A stretch of 64,000 nucleotides of DNA from Podarcis pityusensis (taxonomy: Eukaryota): NCBI GenBank assembly GCA_964106645.2, contig OZ067038.1. The stretch is one strand, 5' to 3'. A program made the position numbers and the translations under genes. Below the pieces are notes generated by a model. That model saw only the letters and a list, made by a program, of their open reading frames with translations, was not told the DNA's origin and did no database searches. Positions 59,100 to 64,000 of the stretch are shown here, piece after piece; position 1 is the first letter of the stretch, and every line of letters starts with the position of its first letter.

Positions 59100-60095
59100 C
59101 ATTTTGCAAGTTACGCGTCGTCCGCACGGGGAATCGGGGGTCGGAATAAACACGTGTCGGGCTTAAAGCAGGCGGCCAACACCCTCTTTACCTTTGCTTG
59201 GCGAGAGCGGGACATGACGGGACACGCGGTTTCTGGTCGCGCAGCAGACTCGCTCCAAGTTCTCCCCGCTTGTCGTCGCGGCTCCTGGGTTTGTCCGGCC
59301 TCTCTCTCGGGCCGTCTTTCTTCTCGCGCGCTCCTCCTCTCGCCGCGACGTCACAGGCCCCGCCCCTCTAGATTTACATACGGGCCGCCCAGCTCGCCTT
59401 TCGGCGGCGGGCCCCGCCCCCGGAGCCGCCGATTGGTGCGGCTCCCCGCAGGTCATTTGCATGCCGCCTGCAACTCGGCGCGTCCAGCCGTGCAGCACCA
59501 GAGAAGTTTCGCTCAAAGCTTCTGCAAGTGTCTGAGACGGGGCGGGGGACGCGCGGCGGCAGCAGCAGCAGCAGCTCCCGGGGCTGCCTCGTCCAATCTT
59601 CTTCGCCTTCTGGAGGAGTCCCGGTGTGACACCGGATCGCCGTCTGGGAAAGGGCTGGCCTGCCCTCCTGAGCCGCCCAGGAGGCTTCTCTCTCCGCCGC
59701 TGAAGGGCGCCCCGTTGGGAACGGCGCTGCCCTCTTGGAGCTTCTGAAAACAGCTCTCTCTCTTTCTCTCTGCCTGATCCCTTCTTCTTCTTCTTCTTTT
59801 TTCCTCCTCCTGGCCCCAGTATTTTCCATCCTTGCTCGAGGCGGAAAATAAATGATCTCACCCCTCGCCGTGGAATGGAGACAGCTGGCACCCAGCAGAA
59901 CCTGAAGGAGCCCCAGGAGCTCGAGCGCCAACGGGACTCCTCTCCGGGAGCCTAAGGACCAGCGGGGCCGGCCAGCTCCTCGCCTCGGGCTTCTTTTGGA
60001 AGCAGCCCCCGATCTAGGGAGTTGGGTCCTGCGCTTGCTGCTGCTGCTTTTCTTTTCCCCCCTTGGCTTGGCGCAAGATCGCAGGTTCTTTTCCT
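59100..60095 (+). promoter_or_regulatory. ABTB2 CpG-island promoter and 5'UTR
   Basis: Very CpG-rich; GC boxes (CCCCGCCCC ~59358 and ~59412), reverse CCAAT (~59432), CRE-like GACGTCA (~59347). Confidence 0.75.
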
Positions 60096-60969
60096 ATGGC
60101 TGGGATATACAGCTCCACTCTGAAGACCCTGGAAGACTTGACCCTGGACTCCGGGTATGGGGCTGGGGACTCCTGCCGCTCGCTCAGCCTCTCCTCTTGC
60201 AAGTCCAACTCGCAAGCCTTCGCGTCGTCTCAGCCCAGGGGCAACTGGTGGTACTACTCGGGCTCCATGAACAGTCGCAACAACAGCTGGGACACCGTCA
60301 ACACCGTCCTGCCCGAGGACCCCGAAGTGGCGGACATCTTCTCCAGATGCGCCAAGCTGCCCGACCTCGAGGAATTCCCTTGGACGGAGGAGGACATTGG
60401 GAAGATCCTCAGGAAAGGGAAAGCAGGAGGAGGGACCAAGAGGGACTTCACCCAAGAAGCGGTGCGGAGGTTGTCCGTGTTACTGCGGAGACCCTTGATC
60501 CGGATCTCCAGGGAGGCGCAGCGCCTGAGCGTGATGCACTCCAAGTGCACGCGCTTCGAGATCCAAAGCGCCATCAAGCTGATCCAGAGCTGGTCGTTGT
60601 CCGAGAGCTGCGTCCTGGCCACCGTCAAGGCGCTCTCGCTCTACAGCATGAGCGCCGGCGACGGGCTGAGGAAGGGCAAGTCGGCCAGGTGCGGCATCAC
60701 CTTTTCCGTGGGCCGGTTCTTCAGGTGGATGGTGGATACCAGGATCTCGGTGAGGATCCACGAGTACGCGGCCATCTCTTTGACGTCCTGCATGGAGAAC
60801 CTGGTGGAGGAGATCAAGGCCAGAGTAGTGGCAAGCCAGAGCCCCGACGGAGGCGGAGGGGGAAGTGAGATCTCCGCAGAAGTTCTGGAGATGGTTATCA
60901 ACAACGATGCGGAGCTTTGGGGAGTGCTGCAGCCCTATGAGCACCTGATCTGCGGGAAGAACGCGAATG
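60096..60969 (+). CDS. ABTB2: Ankyrin repeat and BTB domain-containing protein 2, first coding exon (gene continues beyond window)
   Basis: [33 protein letters not shown]...[11 protein letters not shown] matches the ABTB2 N-terminus; donor G|GTAAGG at 60969; head-to-head with CAT as in mammals. Confidence 0.95.
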
Positions 60970-61184
60970 GTAAGGAGCAGAGCTGTCAATTTAGCAAATC
61001 CAATGGGCCCGATCCGTACTTTTTGCCTGTCTTCTTACTTTTATGCTGCTTCCTTGCATGGTTGGTTTTTGTGTTTTGATTGCGTTCGAAACTTTTATTT
61101 CAGTAAGACTGCTTCGGTCTGCTTCTTTCCAATGGGCAGAATATGAGTTTGATTGGGATCTTATGGATTGGATTGGGATCTTCA

Positions 61185-61350
61185 GGGCAAAGGCTGTAAG
61201 CTCAATGGTGCAGCATCTGTTTTGTATGCAGAAGGTCCTAGGTTCCACTCCTGGCATCTCCAGGTAGGCTGGGGAAGAGCCAGTGCTAAATCATTAGGCA
61301 TGCCACTGAGCTAAATGGACCAATAGTCTGATTTTGTATAAGGGAGCTTT
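61185..61350 (+). mobile_element. tRNA-derived SINE, degenerate
   Basis: AGCTCAATGG...GGTTCCACTCC A/B-box-like head. Confidence 0.6.
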
Positions 61351-61414
61351 CTACATTCACTGTATTTAGTGGTACATTCGCAGGATTGCAAGTTAAATAA
61401 ATAGTATAAACAAA

Positions 61415-61550
61415 CTAGATTATAGAATTGTAAAGTTGGAAGGGACCACAAGGTCCAACCCCCTTGCAGTGCAGGAATCTTTTGTCCAACGTAGGGCTCG
61501 AGCCCATAACCCTGAGATTAAGAGGCTCATGCTCTACTGGCTGAGCCAGG
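61415..61550 (-). mobile_element. tRNA-Lys-like SINE with CR1-like tail
   Basis: GCTCAGCCAGTAGAGCATGAGCCTCTTAATCTCAGGGTTATGGGCTCGAGCCC followed by a CR1 3' end. Confidence 0.7.
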
Positions 61551-62540
61551 GTTGTTCTACAGAAGGTTAGATTGCCAACCGGAGCTAGCCTAATGTACGA
61601 AGGTAAAATCGCCATTCGCTGCTCCATCCACCTTTTCTTCAGTTCCCACCTCCACTGGCATGTGGCCTCAAGAAGGATGCTCAGAAGGAAATGCAGCCTT
61701 CAGGCAATAAATGCTTCCTCACTCCTGTCTTTTTTGCTTACATACATATCTTAAGTGCCATGCAAGATAACCAGCAAGACAGCTCCATTACTCCAGCCTC
61801 CCCCCCCTTTCTGTGAATATCATTGAGAATATTAAAAGTAACAGTTGGAGAAGCAGTCTCAGGAATCCATGTGGGGAGGAAACAGAAGCAATGTACGGAT
61901 GCCTGGCTCTACCATGACATATTTGGAGGTGTCCCACATCAGTTTCACCATAGCAGCAAGTCCAGCTGAAGTTCATCAGTTTCACTTCCCTGCTCTTGAT
62001 TGCACAAGTGAGATTGATAAACTCCTCTAGGGCAGGAAACAGAGCTGTATGCGGAAGTACAGCAACTCATTTTAAGGGCATGTTGTCACAACTACTTCAG
62101 CCGCAACTGGTGGCTGTGGGAAAACACTCCAACCATAGACAAATCCCATCTGCATCAGCCTGTGGCTGGGTGGTCATATGAATGGTATAGGCAAACTCTA
62201 AATTTAGCTTGCATCAGTTTGGGCATGTCATGGACAAGTAGTTAAGGCTCTTGCTGGATCGAAGAAAAGTCTAGCATCCCATTCTCACAGTGGCAACCAG
62301 GTGTTGTGACTAGGAGTCAATGGTAGCCTTATCCGTCATGAACTTGTCTAACCACCTTTTAAAGCCAACAAGGTTAGTGGCTGTCACTACATCTTAAGAG
62401 AGTAAATTCCATACTTTAACTGACCACTGTGTGGTGGTCCTTCCTTTTGTATGCCATGAATCAGTTTAATTGAATGACCACAGGATCTAGTATTGTGAGA
62501 GAAGGAGAACTGTGGATAATGTTATTTTAAAAATGTTATA

Positions 62541-62892
62541 AAAAGGTAAAGGACCCCTGGACGGTTAAGTCCAGTCAAACTCAACTATGGGATACAGCGC
62601 TCATCTCTGCCTTCAGGCCGAAGGAGCTGGTGTTTGTCTGCAGACAGCTTTTCTGGGTCATGTGGCCAGCATGACGAAACTGCTTCTGGCGCAACGGGAC
62701 ACTGTGATGGAACCAGGGCGGCACTGTGGTCTAAACCACCAAGCCTCTTGGGCTTGCTGATTGTAAGGTCAGCAGTTCGAATTTGCATGACAGGGTGAGC
62801 TCCCGTTGCTCTGTCCCAGCTCCTGCCAACCTAGCAGTTCGAAAACATACCAGCACAAATAAATAGGTACCGCTGAGGCAGAAAGATAAACT
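62541..62892. mobile_element. Sauria-type SINE with inverted 5' half
   Basis: 62541-62715 is the 3' half on the - strand; 62716-62891 is the 5' half on the + strand; AATGTTATA lies on both flanks. Confidence 0.8.
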
Positions 62893-63204
62893 GATAATGT
62901 TATACTACTCTATGTGCCTAAGATGCAGTCTGTGTAGCCAATATGTATAAACTATGGTCAATTCACCAAACTTCCCAGTGTCATACATTCTTCTGCTGGA
63001 TGCATGTGCAATGTATGCATACTTCTTATAATGTGTTTCACTTGTCCTTCTTCAATGGTTATGTATTGCAAATATGCAAATACCATATTTGATATTTGTG
63101 CTACCTAGACACAGTAATATCTATTCCCACTCGCTATCCTTAGTGCTAAAACAGTAGGAAATGCAAGGATATGTTTTATATCTTGTTTTGTGTCACTGCT
63201 ACTT

Positions 63205-64000
63205 TTGTCAAAATAAAAAAAAATCCTTCCAGTAGCACCTTTAAGACCAACTAAGTTAGTTCTTGGTATGAGCTTTCGTGTGCAAGCACACTTCTTCAGA
63301 TACACTGAAACAGAAGTTGCCAGATCCTTCTATATAGTGAGAAGGTGGGGAGGGGTATTACTCAGAAGGGTGGTGGGAATGGGAGATTGGCAGATAGCTG
63401 GGATGAACCTGCTGACGACTCTTAACGACTGTAATGGGTCTTACAGGAAAAGGCAAGGGGTGAGAAGGTGAGAAATGGCTTAGTCATGTATAATGGGATA
63501 AGAATCCAATGTCTTTGTTCAAACCAGGTTTCTCCATGGTTTTAAGTTTGGTAATGAGTTGCAATTCAGCAGCTTCTCTTTCCAGTCTATTTCTGAAATT
63601 CCTTTGTAGTAAAACAGCTACTTTGAGATCTTGTATAGAATGTCCTGGGAGATTAAAGTGTTCTCCTACTGGTTTCTCTGTTTTGTGATTCTTGATGTCA
63701 GATTTATGTCCATTTATTCTTTGGCGTAAGGTTTGGCCTGTTTGTCCAATATAGAGAGCTGAAGGACACTGTTGGCATTTGATGCCATACACAATGTTAG
63801 ATGATGAGCAATTGAATAGTCCCGAGATGGTATGTGTGATGTTGTTGGGGCCAGTAATGGTGTTGTCCGGGTGTATGTGGCAGCAAAGTTGGCATCTGGG
63901 TTTATTGCAGGCTCTGGTGCCAGTGTCCGTGTTAAGTCTGGTTGTAGTATTATTGTGGGTTAGGAGTTGTTTAAGATTGGGTGGCTGTCTGTAGGCAATG
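63205..64000 (-). mobile_element. Penelope-like element, 3' part with GIY-YIG endonuclease (continues beyond window)
   Basis: ORF 63484-63792: YGIKCQQCPSALYIGQTGQTLRQRINGHKSDI...VGEHFN...REAAE...GLN. Confidence 0.92.
63266..63303 (-). ncRNA. Minimal type I hammerhead ribozyme motif in the Penelope 3' region
   Basis: GUAU-CUGAAGA-A-GUGUG-cuug-CACAC-GAAA-GC-UC-AUAC: conserved core, stem I GUAU/AUAC, stem II, palindromic AGCU stem III. Confidence 0.8.

Noticed and set aside
60063-60095. TTG-initiated N-terminal extension of ABTB2
   Set aside because: Homology to known ABTB2 begins at ATG 60096; no evidence for a non-AUG start
59025-60868. Long overlapping ORFs (240, 242, 185, 167 and 290 aa) around the ABTB2 promoter
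   Set aside because: By-products of a GC-rich CpG island and alternative frames, with no recognisable domains
61480-61550. tRNA-Lys-like sequence as a tRNA gene
   Set aside because: Degenerate stems and direct fusion to a CR1-like tail indicate a SINE head

Overview
This is vertebrate genomic DNA, most likely a squamate and plausibly a lacertid lizard, inferred from Sauria-type SINEs and the L2/CR1/Penelope repeat content. It covers the CAT-ABTB2 locus. A complete 13-exon catalase gene lies on the - strand (ATG 33418, stop 11828; 527 aa; H75/N148/Y358 intact; C-terminus ...KERSNL). It is head-to-head with ABTB2 exon 1 (+, 60096-60969), as in mammals. Unexpectedly, a second intron-containing catalase paralog lies tail-to-tail on the + strand, with exons 9-12 at 2665-6860 and its 5' part outside the window. 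Its frames and splice sites are intact and it is ~87% identical in protein. It carries Y370F, H364Y and R391, shares a ~98% identical tract around exon 12 that suggests gene conversion, and has no recognisable homolog of the exon 13 that encodes the peroxisomal targeting signal. A young 4.3-kb Copia LTR element lacking RT sits ~2.2 kb upstream of CAT, with a candidate -1 frameshift site. Other notable elements are a Penelope-like element with a minimal hammerhead ribozyme, a SINE with a twin-priming-type inversion, a solo LTR, and many MITEs, SINEs and LINE fragments. All alignments and counts were done by eye.
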